Below, one piece after another: positions 40,370-51,290 of a stretch of DNA of 64,000 nt (within the stretch, counting starts at the first letter, position 1; each line of letters starts with the position of its first letter). Source of the DNA: Eutreptiella sp. 'Long Island Sound 2002'. Its lineage: Eukaryota; Protista; Euglenida. The DNA is taken from assembly GCA_964036045.1 (NCBI GenBank), contig OZ038378.1, positions 35,712,001 through 35,776,000 on the forward strand, read 5' to 3'. The notes below the pieces were generated by a model, which saw only the letters and a list, made by a program, of their open reading frames with translations, was not told the origin of the DNA and ran no database searches. The translations under genes were made by a program, and so were the position numbers.

Positions 40370-41600
40370 GTGCAACCCATGTTGACAAAAAAAAGTGCGC
40401 TACCACCTGCTCTTTGTTTTGGCCTCATGATATATATTGCCCACCTGGTACCCTATGATTGGCCCTTACAACAAGGCTTGTCACTCAAAAGACAAACGAG
40501 AACAAGCGTGCGACAACGCAACTCTCATCACAAAACAGAGCAGAACAAAAAAAGAACAGGGTGCGGCCAAGCACCGTTTGATCAAACAATGTGTTGAACG
40601 TTGGGTTTTAGGGGTATTTGGTAAAACTTAGTACCGCTCGAGGTAAAACTTAGTAAATTTTGACAAAATTTAGCAGAAATCTCGTAAACAAAATTTCAAA
40701 AAGAGGTTTCAACAAAAAAAGGTGTTCAATAAGTTTTACCTCGTTTCTACTAAGTTTTACCATACCCCCCCCCCAAGAAATATGTTATGAAGGAATCGGA
40801 CACTTCGATGGTAGGTGGTACTTTTGTCTAAGGGTACAAAGCCTCTAGATTGATCACCAGCCACTTGTGTTAGTGGTGGCCCACCCGGGCCCAAGCATCA
40901 TGCACACCAATTGGTTGGCAGGAATCCAATGTAATGTAATACAATTGCGATTGGACACTAGACACAAAATGAGGCTCAAGAAAACAACGCTAATCTAGCC
41001 ATGCCCAACATCAATGTAGCAGCTCTCGGAACAAAACCGGGTTGTCGCTCAAAAGGCAAACGAGAAAAATGTGCTATAACACATCTCTCATCACAAGACA
41101 GAGCACAACAGAAAAAGGGTGCCACCAAGCACCGTTTGATCAAAAAATGTGTTGAACATCGAGTTGTAGGGGCATTTGGTAAAACTTAGTACCGCACGAG
41201 GTGAAACTTCGTAAAATTTGACAACATTTAGGAGAAACTTCGTGAACAAAATTTCAAAATTTTATTCAACAACAAAATTTTGTTTACGAAGTTTACCTCG
41301 TTTCTACCAAGTTTTACCATACCCCCCCCCAAAAAAATGTCATTATTAAGGAACTGGACACTTCGATGGTAAGTGGTACTTTTGTTCAAGGGCACAAAGC
41401 CTCTGGTTGATTCCCAGCCACTTGTGTTAGTGGTGGCCCACCCAGGCCCAAGCATCATGCACACCAATTGGTTGGCACCAATCCAATATAAGGCAATACA
41501 ATTGGGATTGGACACTACAAACAAACTGAGGCTCAAGAAAACAACCTTGATCGGGCCATGGCCAACATCAGTAGAGCGGTTCTCGGAACAAAACCGAGTG
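40370..41600 (+). repeat. Diverged ~560-bp tandem duplication; each unit holds a ~160-bp foldback MITE-like segment
   Basis: 40483 onward resembles 41046 onward. The GGGGTAT..GGTAAAACTTAGTA..CGAGGTAAAACTT inverted pair occurs at ~40612-40775 and ~41170-41330. Confidence 0.75.
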
Positions 41601-42589
41601 TAATAAAAAAAAGAGAACCCGGAGTACCTCGCATGCCATCACCAGCGTTAGTGCCAACTACTGAGAACTAGTTGCAAAAGACACACTTCAAGATCAAGTT
41701 GGCCTTAGTATCTTGAGGGCCCGGTTTGCTTGCCTCTGTGGGATTCATTGTGCACATCCCAAAGATAATTTGTTTGTGCCACTTACCTGACGTCCGATGT
41801 GACTGATATAGTTCTGGTCCGTGCCCAACATGTTACTGTGCTGGAAAATGTCTTTCGAATTCGGCAACTCTGGAGATTGCAATGGTTAGATCATATGGGT
41901 TTTGACGAGTTCATCAATCTTCGCCAATAAGTGCAACATTTGTAGCCCTGCTCATGTCTTGTCAGGTATTGCATGCTACCTAGGGCAAGCACACAGAGGG
42001 TATGGGACGAGCAAAAGCCAGCGAGAGCGCGCAACGAGCTTCCAAAGTGACTCCCACTAGTCCACAATATGCCAGGGCCTGCAAGCAGGGCTGGTGTTCG
42101 TAGGCGTTGGCTCCTCCGCCTAATTAGGGCCTTGCTTGGCTTGGGCCAACCTCTCTTCGATGCATAGCATGGCGCGGCCGCCCTTGTCACACACACGTAC
42201 AAAAGTGAACATGTACATACTCCTACGTTTCCTAAGAACCCATGCCCCACCATCGAATGGAGCCACAAAGTTGGCTACCATTTCATGTGGCTCCCACACA
42301 CACCAAGTTGTTTGGTTGCTTGGTCTGCACACGCCACCTCCGTGTCCCACACCTTTATGATCTGCAAGGTAGTTCGGAAGTGGTCAGCAAGTAGTCGGTA
42401 TGTGGTCATGAATGGGAGACCAACTTTTGTTCCATGGTGATTTCGAGGAAACAAAGACACGGCCGTCCACTATTTTTGTTGTCGAGGTGGCATGTGATGC
42501 TTGTTTTGCTATTTCAAGGGAAGGGGGGGGGGGGACTCAACTTTGTTTTGGGGGGGAGCTTCCTGCTACTTCCTTCCGAGGGACACCAC

Positions 42590-43350
42590 ACATGACTTGA
42601 AATCATGTCTCCATGGGCAATGGTGATATGTATGATCGTCCTTAAGGTGTAGGACATCATTCAAGCGTGTGAAACCATGTCTCTGGTGGCAACGGTGAAG
42701 TGTAACATGGTCTACAAGATACAAGATGCCACCGTAGCCCATCAAAACCATGTCTCCATGGGCAGCAGTGATATGGATCGTCGTCCCAAAGGTTTAGGAC
42801 ATCATTGCAGCCCGTGAGCCCATGTCTCAAAAGGCAGCGGTGATATGTATCATCATCTACAATGTGTACGATATCACCGCAGCCCTGCAAACCATGTGTC
42901 CATCGGGAGCAGAGATATGTACGATCATCTATAAGGTGCGGGACATCACCGCAGCCCTGAACTCATGTCTCCATCGGTAGCGGTGATACGTATGATTATC
43001 TACTAGATGCCAGGTACCACGGCAACGTCTGAAACCACGTCTTCACCGGCAACGGTGATATGTACCATGGTCTACAAGGTGTAGGATATCACCACATCCC
43101 CTCAAACCATGTTCCCATTTGCAACGGCGAGATGTGACATGGGGTACAAGGTGTGGGATATCACCACAGGCGGAAACCATATCTCCATGGGCAGCAGTGA
43201 TATGCATCATGGTCTACAAGGTGCACAACATCACTGCACCCCCTTAAACCGTGTCTCAATGGATAGCGGTGATATGCAACATGGTCTACATGGTATAGGA
43301 TATCAGTGCTACCTGTAAAAGCAACTGTCCATGGGCAGCGGTGATATGTA
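42590..43350 (-). repeat. ~72-bp minisatellite, ~11 copies, encoding a 24-aa Cys/His repeat
   Basis: AAACCATGT-like anchors at ~42601, 42672, 42744, 42816, 42888, 42960, 43032, 43104, 43173, 43245 and 43317. Minus-strand consensus is about YHRCPWRHGxxGCxDVxHLVDHxT. Confidence 0.88.
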
Positions 43351-44045
43351 ACATCATGTCCCTTCACCTCCCTTGCCTCCCTAGCTGCCATCCCCCGCCG
43401 AAGCCGTGCATCCTCACACCCCAACAACCCTACCTCCCACAACTGTGCCCATTTACTGGGCTTGTGGGGCCTCCAGGAGCCCCACAGCTCCGAGCACTGG
43501 TGGCCGTGCTCCCACTCTTTCAAGCCGCGGAGCACGGCCAACCCAAGCGCGGGGTCTCGGGCGAGGAGCTTGTGGAGCCCGCCCAACCCCGCGCTGCGCT
43601 CCCCGTCCTTGTCGCTCCGAACGACACCGACGGTGCGAACATCGTGCCCGCAGACCACCACGTCCTTCACCTGCAACAAAACAGGCGGAGGCCATGGTCC
43701 GGGGGACAGATTAAATTTTTCGGACCACTGTTTTAAATTTTTTGGTTTACTTTTTAAGGTTCATTTTTAACTTTTGAAGCGCCGATCGAAAATTTAAATC
43801 TTAAACCAAAACTTTTAAACGGAGCGTCCAAAAAATTAAAGAAACGCAAACACGTATACACACACACACCTTCCGAAATTCTGGGCACCCCATGCATGCG
43901 GCACCCCCATCGCCTTCCAAAAGCCGGAGGCCGGGCTTGGGGCCTCTGCGGGGACGGCGGCATTGCTTTTGACGGCGATGGCGGCCGCCGGGGGTGCCGT
44001 CCGAGTGACGGCGGCCAACCCGCGGGTCGTCTGCGACCCAGGCAC
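43161..44045 (-). pseudogene. Spliced downstream coding segment (intron 43671-43904) running into the 72-bp repeats
   Basis: Phase-0 join FWKAMG|VKDVVVCGHDVRTVG. Donor GTGCCG, acceptor TTGTTGCAG. The intron is AT-rich like the one at 45848-46009. Confidence 0.55.
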
Positions 44046-44777
44046 CAGCCCCTCGCAGGTGTGCTAGGCGGCGGGATTGGGGGTGGGGGGGGGGGGGCAG
44101 GGCAGCCGGGCAGACAAGACCGGTGCAAACTGCACACATTTGCCCTGCGGCCATTGTTGGCACCAGCAAAGGGCTACCCAGTGCTGCAGGCCCCCGGGTA
44201 GTGGCTGGTGCCAAACCTGACCCCCCGGAGGTCGGCAAGCAGGTTCAGACCCCCAACGACCCCGAGCTGACCTTCTCCGGCAAGGGGGGACATGGGAACA
44301 CGCGGCACTGGATGCCAGTGCCGGGCGCCCCCTTTGGTGGCATCCCTCCGCCACTCCCCCTTGGACACCCCGTTTTTCCTAATTAGGCACCACAAAAGTC
44401 GGCGCATGACCCAGCACAGGGTGCAGTCACCCTTGCTAGGGTCAGAAAAAATTGGTCGGTCTGGCCCACTGCCCTATGCAATGACTTGGGCGAACCAGGA
44501 CCGTCTCCAGCCCTCGGCAGCCGCGCAGAGCGCTAAGCCGAGGGCCTGTGAAGGGCAGAAACAGGGGTCACTTATGCTCAGATTTGGGTTGCGGGAATGT
44601 TTTAGAGCCCTCACCTCAGTCCCCCTGCACTAGTGTCAGCGACAACGAGGCCCGTGGAGTCACCAATTACGACCAACCAGCATTGTTTGGGGGCGTGTGT
44701 ACAGGGGGTGGAACACACACACACACACACACACACAACCACATACCACCTTGTCAGTCATCTTTTGCTTCATTTTC

Positions 44778-46062
44778 TCAATCAACGCCTCCATTGCGGC
44801 GGGGTCCATGGATAGGGCTTACAAGAGCTAGGGGTGCAAAGGAAAGGGACATGGGTAGGGGGCCATGGTTACACATGAGCTTGGCCATTGTACACGGGGC
44901 CACATGGGGAGTTCCTAGGGTCCCTAGGGGTAGATCAAATTTCACAAACCACCATTCCCATACTTGCAAAACTACCTCCGCCTCCCTTTCTACGGATGTG
45001 GCCCCCGGCATCCCCCCCCCGCCGGCCGTGTGATCGTTGTAGGCCCGTTCTAAAATAGCATCCAGGCTTTCGACCACATCCGCACACCCCCCCCCCCGTC
45101 CCCACGCCCAAACGTGCCGCATTAGCCACCGCCGTGGTCGCATTCTCCTCCAGGTACAGGAGGTAGTTGGACTGGCAGACGGCCTTGCAACAATGTGCTT
45201 GGTACTGCCGCGCGACAGCAGACGCCCCCAGGTCATTGAGAGGGGGCGTGTCGCTGTACAAGTCTCGAAGTAGATCCCTCATGGCAACAACAGCTTGCCA
45301 TTCGGGGTCCTCCGGTGCGTAGGCCAATAGTGGGCCCATCTCCTCCCAAGCAAAGAAGAGGGCCCTGGCCTGCTCCCCATCGGGTGCAGCGGTGGCACCC
45401 AGCTTCAACCCTGTGTGCCAGGTACAACAACCGTTGCACGGCCTCGGCATTCTCCTTGGGGAGTGACTCCAGGCGCGCCTCAACCAAAGCGACCTGAAGC
45501 CGGCCAATGGCCATGCAACAATAGAGGATGCATCGGAACACCCAACACCGGTCAACCACGATGTGAGGTTCCGCTATACACCCCCCATTATCCAAGCTCC
45601 GACCCGTCACCTCATATTGGTGACGCGCGGCCGCCTCATTGTCCAAAGTCCGGCGCACGTCCACCAGCAACCACGCCGCCGCCGCCTTGTCCCACACCCT
45701 TATATTGTAAATAGACCCCACTTGGGGTGATGCGGACACCCCAATGAGGCGGTGAATAAACGGCTGGTCAGCCCCAAGGACTAGCGCAGCAGGCACCCAA
45801 CAGGATGCCCAGCAGAAACTTTTGCAGTCATGAATCGAGTGCCACACCTACAAAAGAGTGTGTGCATTGATATCCGGGAATCACTTCTTCGTTTTAATCT
45901 TAGCTTCAAATTTCGTTCGGCTTAAATTTTAAGCAATTTTTCGCTTTTAAATGAGGAACTTTGAAACGAAGCGAACCCAAATTCAATGCGACACAAAAGC
46001 GCCAAGTACCTTAAGATTCTCGGCCCAAATGGTGGCCAACGCGGCCATGTCTTTATCGCCGC
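44778..46062 (-). pseudogene. RAG1/Transib-like DDE transposase, 3' part, with intron 45848-46009
   Basis: CGDKDMAALATIWAENLK|VWHS..., LVLGADQPFIHRLIG, RRTLDNEAAARHQYE, GCIAEPHI, ILYCCMAIG, DGEQARALF, NYLLYLEE and CADVVESLDAILERAYNDH are colinear with the RAG1 core around D708 to E962. Frameshifted. Confidence 0.72.
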
Positions 46063-46877
46063 ACACCGCCCAGGATTGTGTATAAAGTCTGATGTCTGAT
46101 GTCTGATAAGGGGTGTTGTGTGTGCGGTCTGTCCAAGAAGATGTCTGATATTCTTGTCTATTGGAAGTGGGTCTAGGGGTCTAATGTCTAGAGGAAATTG
46201 GGAGAAACTATCCCTAAATCACCCCCCCCCCCTTGCCGTTGTCCACACCAAATTCTTCACAAGAACCCCCCCCCCTTGACCCACCCATCCCCCCCCCCCC
46301 CACTATCAAGTGCCTTCCACCCCCCCCCAAGGAAAAAAGGCGCCACAAAAAACAGAACACACAAACCCCCCCCCGTTTGGAAAACAATTGCACACCTGTT
46401 GTTGACAGCAGACAGCATCTGTGACAATCAGAAACATGGCAACACAAAAATAAAAACCACCTTGAGCACCACAACGGGGCAATGGGGAAAATGGGTGAGC
46501 AGCAAAAGTGGCCAAGGAAAAATACACTTTGGGAAAGGGAAAGGGGAAAGGGGAAAGGGGAAAGGGGAAAGGGGAAAGGAGAAAATGTGGGAGCAGGATA
46601 AGTGGGAAAATTGAACGACCACCACACAAAACGGCCATACATAGCACTGAAAACCCAATGGGTAACGTGGGGGAAATGTGCCAAACAGGGAAAGGGGCAG
46701 AAATCTCAACGGATAGCATCCTGACCATGGCAATTGGCATCAGTTAAATTCGGATCCACACATAAAATGGTCATGGTACACCATAGAACACCAAATGTTG
46801 CAACACGGAAAATGGGCAAAATCTTCAAAGAGAGCGCACAACAACAAAAAGGCACATGCAAATACGTGGGCATCCTC

Positions 46878-49800
46878 TCATTCATCGATGAGTCCATCCA
46901 TGTCATCCACTGGCTGCGAGCAACTGGGCTGGGAGCTGCTTGGTGGTGCCGCAGAACGCGTGACACGGTCCGTGGCTGGCACAAACGCATTCCATTCTTC
47001 CAACAATGGCAATGCGTGCTGCGTAGCAAGGTCCTGCAGTTCCCGCCGAGTGTTGTTACTTGCCACCTTCACACCAAGCACATCAAGACAATGCACCAAC
47101 GCCACCCTCGTCCAATCACGCACCCTGCCATTCTGCACTGCCATTGCCAACTTCGCCTGCATCCTAGCCACACTGCGCCCCTTATTTGGCTTGCGCGTTG
47201 TGGCCAATTCGTCTGCACTATTAGTATCCCCCTCATCATAGACATCACCTACAACATTCATCACCACCTCCCCACAAGGACGCGGGCTTGCGCAAAAGCA
47301 TGCATGACACACTAGACATGTATTGCACCAGATGCGAACCTCCTTCTTGCATGTGGCACACTCCATACCTCTGCGAAAAGCGATGAAGTCGTGGTTGCCA
47401 GCATGCGAGTCAGGCGTCCCATCTGGTGCCACAGTGCGTACCACATCAGCCTGGTGCCGTTCTGTACCCTTTCCTGAGGGGGCCGTGGATGCTAGTGGTG
47501 TACCCGGCCCTCCAAAGAAGGGCAGGTTGTCACCATCATCAGCCAGTGCTTCATTACCTTGTAGACACTGCAGCATCGCAGCTTCCAGAGATTCTCTTTC
47601 ACTTACCTTCCTTGAAACCCTCTGTCTTGGGTGCAGATCGAAGCGTGCACGGGCAGGCAAGTGGCGTGCCACTGCAACACCTTGTCCCTTTGTCCATTGC
47701 TGTAAAGGGGGCAAGTTGGAATGCAATGCCATGCACATGCTGAGGACATGTGTCTCCACAATGTCATGCATATTGCTGCAGAACCTCCCACGCAAAGAGA
47801 TGGCACGCTCTACTGCAGCTTCAGCGGGGCAATACGTTCGCAATAATGCGAGAACGCGCCACACATTGACCCACTGTGCATGTGCCCTTTCGGGTGCCAA
47901 TGCCTCCCACATCTTGGACGTTTGCACAGTTGCAAAGTGCTGCACCATGTGCTCCTTAAGGTCTGCCCACTCTACCAAGGCACGGTCACAGCTCACATGT
48001 GCCGCGCACAACTCTTCCTGGTGTGCAGCCATAAACTGACGCAACTGCTCTACCCCATATGCAGCACGCTCATTGACCGGGAGGCCAAGGAAACGGCCAT
48101 GGTCCAACAATACTGCGCACTCCAACACCCCCCTGGGGTCAATGGTTGCTTGCCCCTCCTTGATGCCTGCAAGCAACGCATCAGTTACTGCACGCGCCTG
48201 AACGCCAGGAAAAGGAGGGGTTGTTACACACTTCTGCCCACCTGAATCAAACTGCACCAACTGCACACCATGCCATGCACCGGTCGCAGTTTGCTCCTTG
48301 AACTGCAACAACCCTCGACCCTCCTCGCAAGCCACCTTCTGCAACCGGGCTTGCAGCATACCTGTGGCAGTGGCTAAGTGTGCACCTGTGGGCGCGCGCA
48401 GTTGTGCCACACTGTTAAAACACCGCATGCCATGCAAGATGTCCCCATAAACCACCCCCCATGCAAGCAAACTGGCATCATGGCAGTCCTCCCACACATC
48501 CTCCTCCTTGGTAGAGTGCTGCACCTTGGAATCCAAGTGTCGTGCCACCCAGGGGACATTGGCCAAAAAAGCAGTGTTGCGCCGTGCATTTGCTTGTGAC
48601 CACCTGATGCGATGACTTGTGGGGATCAGTTGCAAGCCACTACGGTTATCCTGCACATGCTTCTGCACACACTTTTGCAACTCCTTCCACTGCCGTGCCC
48701 CACTGTACAAGCCTCGCTGCCGATCGACGGCCGCCATGTAATCAACATGGGTCGCGCCGGCAGCCTCCAGCGCAAGACCCAACTTGCGCTGTAACACATG
48801 GCACGGCTCACCCAAGGGTGTCATCAACACCAACCACTTCCCAATCAAGGCAAACACATTGCTCTCAATAACAGAGACATCAACAACCTGCCGCGCACTG
48901 GCACCCCGCACACCAAGGTTGGAAGCCCTGTCCACTGCAAAGGTCACTACCCTCTTTGCCCACCAATCGCGGTCAGGAATCTAGGAAAGCAGAACGCATT
49001 CCAACTGTGTTGCAATCTCATGCGCATCACCACAGGCCACATCCACCACTCCAAGGAACACCTCACACATGCCCCCATGGCCAGTCCCCGGGAAAATAAG
49101 CAGAATGGCGTACTCATTGACGCGATGCCTCTGCCTATCCGAGCCATCAAGCAACAGTGCAATGAACGGTGTCAGGAATAAGGTGTGCGTCACCTCATCC
49201 TGCATGGCATCATGCATTGCTGCAATAGCCTTCTCAACTATCCACCGCCGTGATGCATGGTGCCCAGGGGCAGATGTCAGAGAACAGTGCAGAAGAATGC
49301 GCTCACTTATAGCACGGACGGAAGTGCACATGCGTAACCCAATATACACCTCAACCAACCGTGACAGAATGGCTGCCTCAGCATCCGACATAGCCACACC
49401 AATGTCCATGGCTTCCCCCCTGACGAACACAACGGTCGCTCCCACCACCACAGCTGTGGCAGCAGCAGTGGGGCACAATGCGCGATACCGCTCTGCACAA
49501 TGCAGCTTGAAACTGTCCTCAGCCAATCGGTGGTGGTGCACTCGCCTATGCAGATTCTTTCGGTTTGATGTTGTGCCACGTGATAACCCCAAGTGGCTTT
49601 CCAACACCTCCTTCCGCCACGTTTTTGGGCCGGAGGTCTTCATGCGCATCCCTACAGCATATGTTCCCAATACCAGGGCTTCACTTTTCTTAGGGGGACG
49701 CGCCACCCCAGGAATGCCACACACATTTGCCCACGCACAACACACACACTCAACACCCCCACTTGTCGTGAACTGATACTGCCAATGGGCGGCTACAAAC

Positions 49801-50363
49801 ATTTGTAGTGTCTTTGGACCACTGTCCAGTTGCATGGGAGTGGCCTGCATCAACACGCACAATGCGTCCTTCCCCGATGCGGCCAATGCAACAGACCTCA
49901 ACCTGTCTTGCTCGACTAATTGTGCCACGGAGGATTGTGACATGCCATGCTCTGCATGCCGCGCATCCCACTCTTTTGCATGCCGTGCTCTCAGTTGCAT
50001 CTGGTGTGCTTCAACACGCACTCTCAGATGCCTTGCCACTCGCACCTTGCGCTTCTGCAGCAACTGTGCCACTGCATCAACAAATTCTGAGGACGTCTGT
50101 AGCGGCGCCGAGGCAGCCACACACATCTCATTGGGCATGCTCTGAGCATGCATACTCATGTCCCCTACCTTTGAAGCACTCTGTGTTGCAATTGGGGAAG
50201 GGGGGGATGCGCCTTGTGCCAGCGCCATGGCTGGCATAGAGGCGTCCATAGGCACGCTCTGGGCATGCATAGGCCTGTTCCTGATGTACCCCACCCTTGA
50301 TGCACCCTGTGTTGAAGGAGGGGTGGGGAGGGACTCACCTGGTGCCAGCGCCATGGCTGGCAC
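46878..50363 (-). pseudogene. hAT (ZNF862-like) transposase, ~1160 codons, one in-frame TAG at 48981-48983
   Basis: ALLLDGSD (D1), FLGVVDV, FAVDRASN (D2) and YCPAEAAVERAIS (catalytic Glu, dimerisation region). ORFs 48981-50363 and 46878-48947 share a frame (LLS*IPDRDWW). Confidence 0.88.
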
Positions 50364-50389
50364 CGAGGTGTCAGTAGGTACGCTCCGGG

Positions 50390-50535
50390 TACACCCCTTC
50401 CGTCAAATATTTGGGGGCTGTAGACCCCCCAAATATTTGACGGAACCCCTTCCGTCAAATATTTGGGGGCTGTACACCCACCAAATATTTGACGGAACCC
50501 CTTCCGTCAAATATTTTGGGGGTGTACACCCCCCA
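50390..50535. repeat. 52-bp palindromic tandem array; partial second copy at 50921-51000
   Basis: The unit has a 20-bp stem, TTCCGTCAAATATTTGGGGG / CCCCCAAATATTTGACGGAA, around an ~8-nt loop. Units start at 50394, 50446 and 50498. Confidence 0.92.
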
Positions 50536-51290
50536 AATTGTCATGTATTGTCATGTATCGTTGTTGAACGGCAATTATCGTTGGCGTGTCTTCAACCTCC
50601 TTTTTGGGCATCCCCACCCTGAAGACCTTGGAGACCGCCTTCAATCTTGGGCAGTCAGGCATGGGCACATTCGTACCATTGCGGACAAACATAATGAACG
50701 CACAGTGCAGCAAACCTAGTGGTGATCACATGTGTGTACTCTTTCCCACATCTCATTAGGCATGCTCTGGGCATGCGTACTCATGTCCCCTACCCTTGAA
50801 GCACTCTGTGTTGCAGTTGGGGAAGGGGGGGGTGCGCCTTGTGCCAGCGCCATGGCTGGCACAGAGGCGTCCATAGGCACGCTCTGGGCATGCATAGGCC
50901 TGTTCCTGATGTACCCCACCATTTTGGGGGTGTAGACCCCCCAAATATTTGACGGAACCCCTTCCGTGGAATAGTTTGGGGCTGTAGACACCCGAAATTG
51001 TCATGTATTGTCCTGTATCGTTGTTGAACGGCAATTATCGTTGGCGTGTCTTCAACCTCCTTTTTGGGCATCCCCACCCTGAAGACCTTGGAGACCTCCT
51101 TCAATCTTGGACAATCAGGCATTGGCACATTCGTACCGCAGCGGACAAACATAATGAACGCACAGTGCAGCAAACCTGGTGGTGATCACATGTGTGTACT
51201 CTTTCCCGCTGGTGCTGTGGCTGGTACTGGTGTGATGTGGCAGGGATGGTCAGAGGCCATGGGTCAATGCATGTTCTTCTACATACAGGG

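Noticed and set aside
48981-48983. Programmed TAG readthrough or a reassigned genetic code
   Set aside because: The stops replace different expected residues (Trp, Gln), the same elements carry frameshifts, and Ctr itself ends in TAG. Mutation is the simpler explanation.
50390-50535. CRISPR-like array
   Set aside because: Units are adjacent palindromes with near-constant loops and no unique spacers; no cas genes; eukaryotic context.
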